A DNA stretch of 64,000 bases. It comes from Enoplolaimus lenunculus. Taxonomy: Eukaryota. The stretch spans positions 1 to 64,000 of the forward strand of contig JASANG010003711.1 in NCBI GenBank assembly GCA_030248215.1. The letters run 5' to 3'. The position numbers and the translations under genes are program-made. The notes beneath the pieces were generated by a model. That model saw only the letters and a list, made by a program, of their open reading frames with translations. It had not been told where the DNA came from and ran no database searches. Positions 37,601 through 49,600 of this stretch are shown here, piece by piece. The number at the start of each line of letters is the position of its first letter. The first letter of the stretch is position 1.

Positions 37601-40600
37601 AATTTTTATTGATGGTTCGAATCTGTTTTAGCCGGTGAAAACACAGATTAGATTTTTTAGACATTATATATAATATATATCTATATATATTCTATATATA
37701 TCTATATATATAACGGCGGCTCCACGGAATACGGAGGGGACATTGATGAAATCGTGTGGGACAGTCTGATATGTAAGAATCCTGGAGCGCATACAAGGGT
37801 AGAGATAACGGGAAGAATAACACATTCAACAAGACTAAAAATAACCTGCAAGACCCTACGGCTAAAAAAGTATTTTATCAGATTCCCTTAACTAAAATCG
37901 TGGCGACGTCCCTGGTTAGGTATGCCTAGAAACCATTGTCAGAAATGACTGCCCAGAAAATCCGAACGTCAGCGAATCATTAAGCAACTTCATTTCGTTT
38001 AATCACACAAATTTATGTACCAGATTTCGCACCAAGACATTTCATCGTCCGACCCGACTATCAACAAGCATTAGACTTAGGCTTCGGCAGCAATCGCGTG
38101 ACGAGTTGTCGGGCGGCGGTAAGTGCTCACAGAGTCAAATTCAAACATTTGCAAAAATTTAAATTTTCCTTGCTGACGCTAAACTTTATTTTGTCAGTTC
38201 ATAGAGTGTGCCGAATGAACCAAATTGCTGCAGTGAGTGTGACCAAAATGGGCGTGGTATAATTTGATTTGGGATGCATAAATAAAATCTTTCAAAGTTG
38301 CTCATTAAATCAATCACAATCAACACTTGGTATATATAATAACAATATCGTATTACGTTGGGCACATTGTTAACATTAATGGTTTCATATTTCTTTTAGC
38401 CAGTTAAAACTTGCGATGTCCCTGAGTCGTATCTTCGAACTATAATTTTTCCTTCTGGTATTTGGTACTGGTTGAAGCCAGAATAAATTTATTTGTGAAA
38501 TACGGATATAAACCACTGCTCTTTCCTCGGTATGTTGAAAACCATATTTTCCACTGAAAATGATCAAAAAGCCTATTTTTTCAATTCCAAATGACAAAAT
38601 AGCTTCTGTTTCAGCAGCTGATGCGATTTAAAAATCAAAACAAAACACCGCCGTTATAAACAGCTTTGAGTGCTGTCTAATCGAATCCACAATTAAAAAT
38701 TGCAAAATATCCGTTCGTACGTTTATGCAAAACCATAAACCATAATAATTTTAAAATCAACAGGAAATTTAAATCACAGTTCATCAACGCGACATGGTAC
38801 GCAACACTAAATATAAGAAACGTCAGCTGAGTATAGTACTTGGCTAAAATCGGATTTCAAATCCAAACGACTATAATATCATAACAGCATCAAATGCTTT
38901 CTGCCTCATTAACATAAAACAGCTTCGACCAAATGTAACTGACTTGGCAAAGTGAGAAAGAGGGGTTCTGCACTTGCAATTTTGCATGCGGGTGTGACAT
39001 GGCGGATCCAGAAATTGCTAAAAAGGTGGTCGCGAAAAATATACCTAATAGAACGACAACCTCGCGAGCAAGAAGCCAAACGCCGATTTAATACTAAACG
39101 TTAATGCAAATATCTTGGTTCCGATCCCAGTTGGAGAGGCCTAGGGCGCGGGTGCCTACCCTTGTGATCCGACAGTCCGCGCGAGGGTCGGGCGTCAGTT
39201 TGGTTGTTTGTGGCATGTGAGATGCAGATTTAAATCTGGTGTAAATTTGATAAATCGGTATAATGTTACGATGTATCATGATGGTATTATACGCGGAATG
39301 TTGCTATGCGCGTTTAGTCAAACTGCGACGTTGAGATTTTCGACTATGCTCTTTTTAAGCCGACCTGGACGACGTATGTTTGCAAATATGGTCAATTTTC
39401 GGGGTTTAGATTGTACTGCGGTTTTTCTTTAAGCAGTTGGTCAGATAACGTTTTTTTCTGGTTGCCCGAATCAGCGGTCTTGAATGGAAATTTCTTGACG
39501 AATCGTTAGCAAATAAATCGAATATTGGTTCGGCTGGTAATTTGATTCAACAAATTAGTATCAATGATAGTGTTCGCTCGGCTTCTGCGCATCATACGTT
39601 CTATACGGTTCCGTATCAAGCCGGTGTTTTAAGCTGCTATAAACGGCATACATATTACAGGAAATAGGTAACAAATAGAGTCAAATTATGAAACTGGTCA
39701 GATGCTAATCGGGATTCGCTGCGAAATCATTTTTGTTTTAGCATTCGTGTATTAGCATTTTTAAGCATTTCATGTGTGACTCTGGTTAGACTCCTTCATT
39801 TTTCGCCGAAGAATTCATCTGCAAGTGATAGTTTAATTTTTCCCATAAAAATTTTTCAACCCCACCCGAAAATTTTTTTGGCATTTTCCTATTGATATTT
39901 TACTAGATCTGTGAGAATTGTTGAATTTTCTATCTACTTTTGATAATTTTGACACCTGATAGCGGTTTTTGCTGATTGCGTTATGCAGTAGAAATGTAAA
40001 AAGCGCACATAGATCGAATCTGTTTATGTTAACATTCTCAGTTTTTTGTCTCATTGAATTAAGGCTAGTGGCGTGGTGGCGGGAGTCGCAAAGTGCCATG
40101 ACCTTCAGCGCCGAGTACACTAGGGGCGCAATGTTTCTGAAATGGTGTCTATTGCATAGTGTCCACATTTTGGTAATTTTGTCTGTACGCTACCGGTTCT
40201 CTAATTTGGCTTTTTATCGAGATTAAACGAGTGCTGGGACGAGATCGAGATAAACTGTTATTGATATACACGCAGGTCACACTGTATTGTGCCGCTCAAC
40301 TCTTTGTGCTCCATCCAGGACAGTGAGGTCCAAATTTACCTTCGCCCTTTCCGCAACTTCCGCCTTGATTCCTTCTTAAATGTCTTCTTTACATTCAAGG
40401 GTAGATCATGAGTTATTAGAGTCATGGCCGATTTGTCTTGCCCTTGCCGATCTCCCGAAATAGGTCGCTGAAAAGGGCCTTCCAAAACGGTATCCTTTCG
40501 TTCAAAATTACCATTCTTTTTGAAAAGCATTGAAAATTTTCAATCGTTGGTCTCCCACTTCGCAGTATACATATGAATGCAAGCATAAAATCTATTACAC

Positions 40601-41374
40601 CTTCCCACATTTAAAAGCTAAACATAACCAGCAAACAGCGCTGTATTTTTTAAACTTGAATAAATTATATTTATCAGACCTCACTGGTTGATTTTAGGGC
40701 AACGGCGTTTTGCTGTGCTAAAGTAACGAGACAGAATTTTGCGCATTCACAAGCTCCAGGATCAAGCCAGTTAGCTGCGATTTACAATATTTGGTTCATT
40801 TTTGAAGTCTTATTATAGGTGGAAATCTGAGAAAAATCTTTTTTAGATATTTATTTAGAATTTGGTTTGTATTTTATTTTTAGGTAACAAATTAACTATT
40901 CTTTTGCCCGACCAAGACATCCTGAATCCGCTACTATAAGAAACTCAACAAAGTAGTACCTCATTTTTTACCAACAACCCATCAGTATGCAGCGATTGCT
41001 TGACTTTCGGCGTCAGGCATATGTATAATTTTTTTGTCAGCTCTCTCACTATAGCTGACTTAGAGTAGCGGATCCAGTTGCGACCGGATATGTATCACCC
41101 ATATCAGTTCTGTCACAGTGAAGCTTTTGCCATGCAAATAGTTATTTATCTGATGCTCACAATGGGTTTTTTCTAGCCAAATACTTGAAAAATAGACTGC
41201 GACGTTGGTACAGGAAATTCAATTTTTTTTATTCGTCAGTATTAATATTTTTGAGAAATATACCAGAATCGCGCTCTAGCTCTAAAATGGTAAACTTTCA
41301 GAACAAAAAACAGTGTCATCCGCGGTAAATATCTTGGATGCGATGCCGGTAAACTAAATATCGATCACAATTGT

Positions 41375-41510
41375 GGCCAATGTTTTACTTTAAGTAGAAC
41401 AACAGTAGATTAAGCGTATTCCTAAGCCTAACCCTAAGCAAAAATGTACTCTAGAATCTAAACCTACTCTTTTATAGACCCACCAGAAACGTGGACCCTC
41501 CTTAAAGGCC
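41375..41510 (-). mobile_element. GGCC-ended TTAGGC-bearing MITE, subfamily A, degenerate
   Basis: GGCCAATGTTTTACTTTAAG ... CCTAAGCCTAACCCTAAGC ... TAGACCCACCAGAAAC ... CTTAAAGGCC. Confidence 0.75.
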
Positions 41511-42862
41511 TCGATTATTATACAAAATCAAACTATACCTAGTTTAAAATTCGTGTTAAATTTCATTTCTTTTCAAAGTATATACGGCTTGCCGCTTCAG
41601 TTTTAATTTGTATTCGTCTTTCACTCTAAAACTCGGTCAATTTAACTGTACTTTTGAACGCCAGTTCAAATCCGCTGTCTTTAATTGAGTTCAAATAATA
41701 TAACTACAGTAACCGTTGTCGTATTTGACTGAAACTACTCGAGCGCGTAGTACAGTGGTAGGGTTTGCGCTCTAGTCATTTTTACACACCCGCACACTCT
41801 CTCGTTCACCACTCTGGACGGGTCGTTTATTGGTTTCTGTTGAAAATTTACTATTAATCTTTGTGTTGTGTTGTGTGTGTGTGTATTTTTCGGCAAAAAT
41901 CGTCACAATAGTTGCGCTGTTTTGCCTGTGTGCGACTTTGGCAAAAATTGCTCTTTGCACTACAAGTGCATCGCGTTGCAACGCTGCGCCCCGTAGAGTG
42001 TTTTAGGCACAAACTGGGCAAATTATTGGGTGGGCGCCGTACGGCGTGCTGGCTGTGATATATTATTATTAAAAGTTGTAGGTGGCGAGGAACAATTTGG
42101 TTTTAGAAAATATTTATTCAGCACCGTTTACGAGTGTAAACACTGTTGATTTTGGCGTATGTGTGTGTAAACTCTCGTCGAATTATTAAAGAGAAACGTC
42201 TGAAATCACTTGGAAAAAAATTTTTTCAAGTTGTCCCATCTGGTTTCGTCACAGAAGGAGAGTGCTGCCACTCTTGGTATTAAGCACCATCGTTTGATAT
42301 CAAGAGTACTACATTAAGGGGAGTGCTTTTTGGCAACACTTCAAAGTCTGGGGTGGACCTAACATTTTCTTTCGGATCGGGTTATCGGGAAATATAAATT
42401 TGATTATTTTCTTATTTTGGTCATTTGAAACATTTGACATTGTTTTATACTTCTTTGTCAGTTCCTTGTCGAGCAAGTTATTACACTGGTTACTCCCGTC
42501 GACACCAATAAAGCGGTAGGGTATGCGTTGCGGTTATATTAGGTAAACGTGTATACCAAAGAAGGGATAGCATGTGTAGACTGATGTTGCATTAATAGAA
42601 TTTTCACGTGCTACCGTTGTGCCAATCAGCATAGGAGAAGAAAATGGCAACACAGCCAGATCGGCAGGTCTTTTAATTGCATTCCGTAAAAGACAGGGTT
42701 GGTTTGTTTAAACTTTTGACTTAAAAATGGTTGCGCCAGATACAGATAGCGTTTGTGGTTTAATTCGTTTGTTTTCCCTTTTGTGCAACTAATCGTTGAG
42801 GGATTGTTTTCGAGTAAAATCAACATAAAACAAGTTTCAGGTATTCACATTATAAAATTAAC

Positions 42863-42946
42863 GGCCAATGTTACTTTGAGGGGCGTAACAGTAGACTAAG
42901 CGTATTCCTAAGTGTAAGCCTAAGCGTTGCAAAAATAACGTGGGCC
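42863..42946 (-). mobile_element. GGCC-ended TTAGGC-bearing MITE, subfamily A, 84-bp deletion derivative
   Basis: GGCCAATGTTACTTTGAGGGGCGT ... TAACGTGGGCC; TSD AAATTAAC/AAATTAAT. Confidence 0.8.
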
Positions 42947-43666
42947 AAATTAATGGTGGCATAAGTTATTGTTTCAACGAATTATTGTTGGTTTCGATGA
43001 CGAATTTGTATAATTTGGGTGTTTTAAAATATTACATGTAAATAAAAATCATAAGTTGAACATTCTTAGTATAAAATACTATATGCTGTATTGATCGTTT
43101 TTGTTCAAATTAGCTGCTGTAGTTCTTGTTTTTTTGAGTAACCAAGCAGCTGAAGTTTCTTCTCAAATACCAATCGGGCCTGTAGCCAGAGAAAATCCAG
43201 GGAACTCAGCCCCTTGTGGAATAATTTTAGTTCCCTGTAGAAAATTTTCAACCATGCTTGTAAATCATATAAGGCACTTATATGCCCGTTCTGAAAAATG
43301 CTTAGCCTTCTTCGCCAAGGTGAGATGGCTACGGGCGGACCTCATATAATTTCATCTAATTTCACTTATTTTATAAAATTATTTAGCTTATTTTTCAGAC
43401 AGCTTTTTTGAATAAAACATCTTGTTATCCTGTAATTGTGGCTGTTGTTGTATTAACGTTAACGCTTGAGCACTGTAAACAGTATTCTTATGTTGTAAGA
43501 GCGAACACAAGCTAACCTCCTTCGAATTTAAGGACACAGATCCCAAGTAAAAATTAAACTTTAGGCTGAGTAAAATTTAAAAATAATTAATATCTACATG
43601 ATTAACGTAAATTATTTTATATTGTTCAAAACCAACATTAGCACTAAGTGAAATTATTCGCTCGAG

Positions 43667-46600
43667 ATGAATCGAATGTGGACCGGAGCTCCTGTAGGTA
43701 CAGCCATGTCCGGGCCTTCGGCCGCCGTGGCTGGAGGTCCAGCTGCATTTGTCGGGTTGCCGTCACCTTTTGCTTCCTATTATACTGCTACTACTTGTGG
43801 CCCAGCCGTTGCCAGACTGCCCCCTGCGCCGCCTTTTGGTATCAGTTATTCGCCTGTAGAAGGGAATGACCCTGGGTTTATTGGCAGCAGCGTTCCTGGT
43901 GAAACGTTTGGACGAACGACAGTAGGCAGCAATAATAATAATAATAATAACAACAACGACAGTTTATCAATAACAATTGATGGAAATCGCATTAGCGAAA
44001 ATTGCAGCAACCCAGCAGATACTAAGAAATGCTTACAACTTCATAGCGATATGTTGCTACAACCTGCGGCTACTGCACAACACCTGAAGGAAGAAGAAGC
44101 TGGTAGGGACCGGGGTTCACCTGGGAAACTTTGTCAAACAGCAATTTTAGAACAACCTGAAGTACAGACAACACCGCTCAAACCAGACGATCAGTTACAA
44201 CAATCACTACATTCCAATGGTTCAACATCAGATCAAGAATCAGGTCCTTCGCTGCCTGCTGCGATCGCTTGCTCGACGCCGAATAATTCCATGACATCAT
44301 CAACAACAACTGGTGACGTGTTCAACAATCATTACACTCCGAACGGCGCGTATGGTCACTTGATCACGGGAAATCATCATCAAAACAATGACGTCATTGG
44401 TGGAATTCATTCTGCGGCGGCGACAGCACTTGGAGGCATTTATTCAGTAAACGATCACGGAATTATTCCTGGGCCGACTGCAGGATACTATGAAGTGCCT
44501 ACGTCGACGCCGAGTGATAGTTCACTTATCGATACGCCGGGTGGATTGGCGAATGCTACAGGAACGCGCGGTGGTTGCGCACCACCGTACGAACTGTTTG
44601 CACCTCAGTCGTCTATTGCGAATAGTAGCATATCAAATGCAGTTGCAAATCATCCATTCATTGGCAGTTACAGTCCATATGCGGCAGATTATGCCAGGTA
44701 AAATTGCCTTCCAAAACTAGGAACTACTAACAGATATGTCCGACCCATGGTATTGAATTGAGGCAAGGGTGCCGAAAATTTTTCTTGAATATTTTTTGAA
44801 AAACATTCTGTCATGGTAACCGTTTTATACGAATTAAGATAATTTCTCCTTTTGTCTTTTATTGGCAGGTTGATTTTCGCATAACAAGTAATATTAACAT
44901 TTTTATGTTTTACCCTTTCGATGTGATATCTTAATTAAGAACGTCACCTAGCACCTCCAAGTGAACTTTGGTGTATATTTGATTTGCTAAGTTTAATTGA
45001 AATTTTAGACTTATACATGTCAATGTATCAAATAGGGCCGTAACCGTAGTATAAGCATATTTTTAAACCTATGCGTAAGAACGAGCTTATACCTAAGCTT
45101 AAGCCTAAGCAAAAAATTTGTCTTAAATTTAAGCTCATTCTATTGCAATCCCACAGAAAAAATGTTCCGCCCCTGATCATTACATGCGCCGAATTCTAGT
45201 AGCATTTGTACTCTTTAAAAATATCGAGAGCCATTAAGTCCTAATATTAAAAATAGTTTTCACACTTATTAATTTTGTAATATATTTCAGCAGTTTCGCT
45301 GCCTTACATTCCACTGTCTTGTGTCGTGGTTTCTCGTCTAACGCTGTACCAACTGGACGTCCACGGTCAAAAAGTCGGTCAAGTACAGGTAAGTAGGTGC
45401 CTGTATTGTCAAAGTTTACACAAATTAGTTTTTTCCAACATTAAAATGTGTATTTTTTTCTTTTAATTTTGTAAAGTATGGAATACAACCGTCACGCAAT
45501 GTATACAGCAGTCAAATTGAGGTAACGCATGCCATTGCGCTGGAATTTTTATCTTCGAATTAAAGTGTGCGCGTGTTGTTGAAACTCCTTACTCGAATCT
45601 GATTTTGCTAACTTTAAAAACTTGATAGTAAATTCGAATTTCAGAAGGCCGCGAATGTGTCAACTGTGGCGCAACGTCGACTCCGTTGTGGCGCCGCGAT
45701 GGAACCGGTCATTACTTGTGCAATGCGTGTGGTTTGTATCATAAAATGAACGGACAAAATCGGCCACTGATTAAGCCCAAGAAACGAACGGTGAGTCGTA
45801 GATTTTAGATTTATGTCGAGTTTTTGAATATGGTATCAGGGTTCCAACCGGAACTAGATTATGTCGGAAGCGGAATCGGAAGTCAAATTTTACCGGAATT
45901 CTAGCCGGAATTCTGAATTCCGATCGAACCCTGGTATGTATATTTCAGCAAACATCTCGAGATAGTATTAAGAAGCTTTGAAATAGATATTTGAGCATCT
46001 GTTGAACAACCCGCACATCAGTATTCACAATTTACCCTGGATATGCGTTAATTTAAGTTCGCAACAATACGTCATAAGTGAAGTTTTTTTAAACTATTTT
46101 GTTGAATTTACTCGCTACGAAGGCAACACAATATTTTTGAATTGTAATTTGAAAGTTTTCGAATTCAATTTAGATTAACGCTTTACGAGTGTAAAATTTC
46201 AGAACACAAACGCTCAAATCTTGAATCAGCCACTGCCGGTTGCGCAAAAGCTCAAATCTTGAATCAGCCACTGCCGGTTGCTATCTTGTTCACTTTTAAA
46301 CTTGGATACGCAATTTTTCCACTGAAACTGGACGTTGCTCCCAAATCATATGGTGCAAAATTAAGTTGTTCACCGTTTCAACCATATCTTGATATTTCAA
46401 GATTTCAATCTTTTATCATGTTGTAAAATTTCAGTGTAAAGAGGTGTTAGCGTATCGCAGCCGTCATCAGACATAAATTTTTTTAAAATTTGTTACCACA
46501 ATTATAAGATAAGCTTCCGTTCGGGTGTGTTTACCTATGATAACAAGAGACAGCTAAATAAAAATATTTTGTTTTGTTTTGCTTCTAAATCAGATAAAAG

Positions 46601-49600
46601 TCAGCGGCGACAACACCAACAGTTTTGGAGCGATTCGTGTTTAAGATATCGATAGGTTTTATTGCCATTGGTTTGTAAGGCATGTGCGCTCTGCGGTTGT
46701 CTTGACTTCGTTTCTTTGAACGAAATACCTCATAGTCAAAAAGCTATGTAAACCAGCGTAGCGAACAAGAACCGTCGAATCTAGCAGGATTTGTTCTGAA
46801 ACCTTTAAAGCGCTTTTTTTCTTGTCTCTGCAGAAATTTCGGAACGGAACGCATCCACCCTACATTTTTTTCAAGTAAACGTCCCTGGTGATTGTCTTAC
46901 GATCGTACTTAGTGTAGTCCGGTGTACGTGAAAACTGGCAATTTATTTTAATTTATCAACTTGTACTTTGATAAGTATGCCTATCGGTGAGTAAATTTAA
47001 AACTGAGATATTTGAGTTAAGCTGAAAATGTGATAAATTTTAAGGATGAATGCAAGTTTGTTTTTATCACACAGTGCGCTGTCGTTGATTGCAACTTGCA
47101 GTATGTATATATTTTTTGGTTTAACGGCCTCAGCTCCACATTGCATTTTTACGTTTCACGACTTTACTTGACTTATAATCTAAGCCCGCATTGTCATATG
47201 TATGTAGCACCAATTACCAGTTGTTAGTGTGATAGGTGTTGTAACTTTCGAACGAAGGAATGGTAAAATTTGAAATTCAGCACATTTATTGCATTCGATT
47301 TACTCTAGTTCTATGAAAATTTTGAGCTCTGCAATCGCAGCAGTTCGTTAGTTTGTAAAAGCTATTAATACTAACTGGTGATAGGTGTCATATGCATTTG
47401 AGAATATGGGCCTTGCACAATTAATTAATCAGATGCAGCGAACGACAAGTTGAGTGTTTGATCCACGAATTTCGGGAGGTGGCGGACAAATAGTTTTTTG
47501 TTCCAATTGCCATGATTTTGGGAAATTTTTCTATATCTTAAGACAGAACAATTGCACTAAACGAGTAAAAATTTTATTGCACTAATTTGAGACGTTTTAT
47601 GGAAAATCGGCGACAATATTTTAACGGATTCTACAGGATTTACTTCAATGCTCAACAGACAAAAGCTGTATTTACAACAGTTACAGTCTCGATAGATTTT
47701 GGGGATTCAGTATATTTTTAAGTCTACAAAATTTGCACACTTCACGGCAGGCAAACATTCTAGCATTTTACAAAGTTCTATTTGTACAGCTGATTAACCA
47801 GCCCACATATAAGCTACTCTATTATACTCTGATCGCCTATTGCCAATGGTTTGTATGTACACGTGTACCCGTTATCTTTGACATTTTTGTTTCAACTGAT
47901 AACTGTTTTAGATAGCGAGCAAAAATTTTCGTCGAAGATAAGTTACCCTCGATTTTGACATGCCAAAATTTTAATTTTATTACAAACGCTGATAACAAAA
48001 TTAAAATTGATTTGATTGAGAGAAAGACAGAGAAAACTTTTCAGTTTCGACTTAATTAATAAGAGTGACGTTTGCAGGAATGCTATTTGCTGCGCACTGC
48101 TCCAGTGTGTGCATATGTGGAGCTAAACATTATTCGACTATTCAGTTGTGCGGTCAGGGCCAACAGGCGAAGCCGGAATTCAATATTATGAGAAAATATA
48201 CTTTTTCAATAGTAAATGTATGCGAATTGGGTATTTTTTGGAATTTCAAAATCCAGCAGCTATTCTATAGCTTGTAAAAATGGCTTTTTATGTCTATCCT
48301 GACATTTCGTGTTGGGACATTTTCTACTAATCTGCTGTTTGTGCATGCGCCCGTATGTGGGGGTTTTCGGGGCATTCTCATACAGGTGTTTAAATCTGTG
48401 AGTGTCAATTGTAGTTGTGTTGCGAGTTTTCTCAGATTGAAATATGACGGATTAACAAATTTAACCCATGGACAAGTTCTGTAAAAGTACAAAATATGTT
48501 ATATATGTAAGACTGGTTAAATTTTTTTACGCTGGTTCAGTTCAATGCTTAAAATTAAGGTTGCGATATACTTGTTGTGCCGGGCTGCACGTCAAAAACG
48601 TTTTGTTTACAAATGTAAACAGTGGCCAACTTGTAAAAAATTTTAACTTTTTTTTAAGTTTGCCAATTAATTGACGATGAATTTATACCCAAAGGAACAC
48701 AACCGCAAATATTGTTTCGCAAAGCAGTGTAATACAATTGTTTTAGTAAATATATATAATGCGGGTAAAAAGAATTTTGTTTTCAAACTTCAACTCCCAA
48801 CTGACCAAAAGTAAGACGCTAACGACCCCGTATTTTAACTCGCGTTTTGGTGTTGCAATGATGATGCCACAGTTATAATTAAACAGACATTTGGGTTTCT
48901 CTCGTTCTCGCTTCGCTCGCACTAAGTGTATTTTCTCATATCCCGGGAACGATTTGAAAACGGTCCGGCCGTTTAGGGATTTCAAAACTAAGCGCAATTA
49001 TTATTGTGTGTCTATGATGGCGATTGCGATAGACAATGTTGAGATTTTATAAATATTGTGTGCTTTTCGTTTCCTTAGATAGGCAACGGATTCGAGTGTG
49101 ATGATGATAATAATATGATAAAATCTAAAAGTTATTAAAAACGTTTAGGTACGCCATAGTGGTGGCTGGTGTATTCAGTGCGATTTTAGCTTTACCAGGC
49201 AAAAGTATTGAAGGGTAATCGTCATGGGCATATGGGAGAGAATGGGTAAAGGATAGAGGGAATCCATTCGTCTCCGAAACTTCTTCAGAGTAGACTTAAA
49301 AGGTAACTTTTAGACGGTATACTATAGTCTGCGGGGGTTTTAGATCGTAGAAAGTGGAGTTATACACTATACTGAAATGATATCATGGCTACGGGTGGTT
49401 AGAAATGGGAACCAACGGCTCCGTCAGAGTATTGGGTTAGGGCGTCCAAGCGGACTACTCCAGACGCAAATTTTAATAAACCGCTGCTTCTGTACATTTC
49501 CCGATGTCTTTGCCCTTTATATTACCTGCTATACAGAAAATAACTTAGAAAACCAAGATGCTACTATTTTCACCGTGTATCATATACAAGCAAAAATTTA

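Noticed and set aside
39300..39830. Further minus-strand exons after acceptors near 39818 and 39638
   Set aside because: The frames I read hit stops within a short distance and gave no recognisable peptide.
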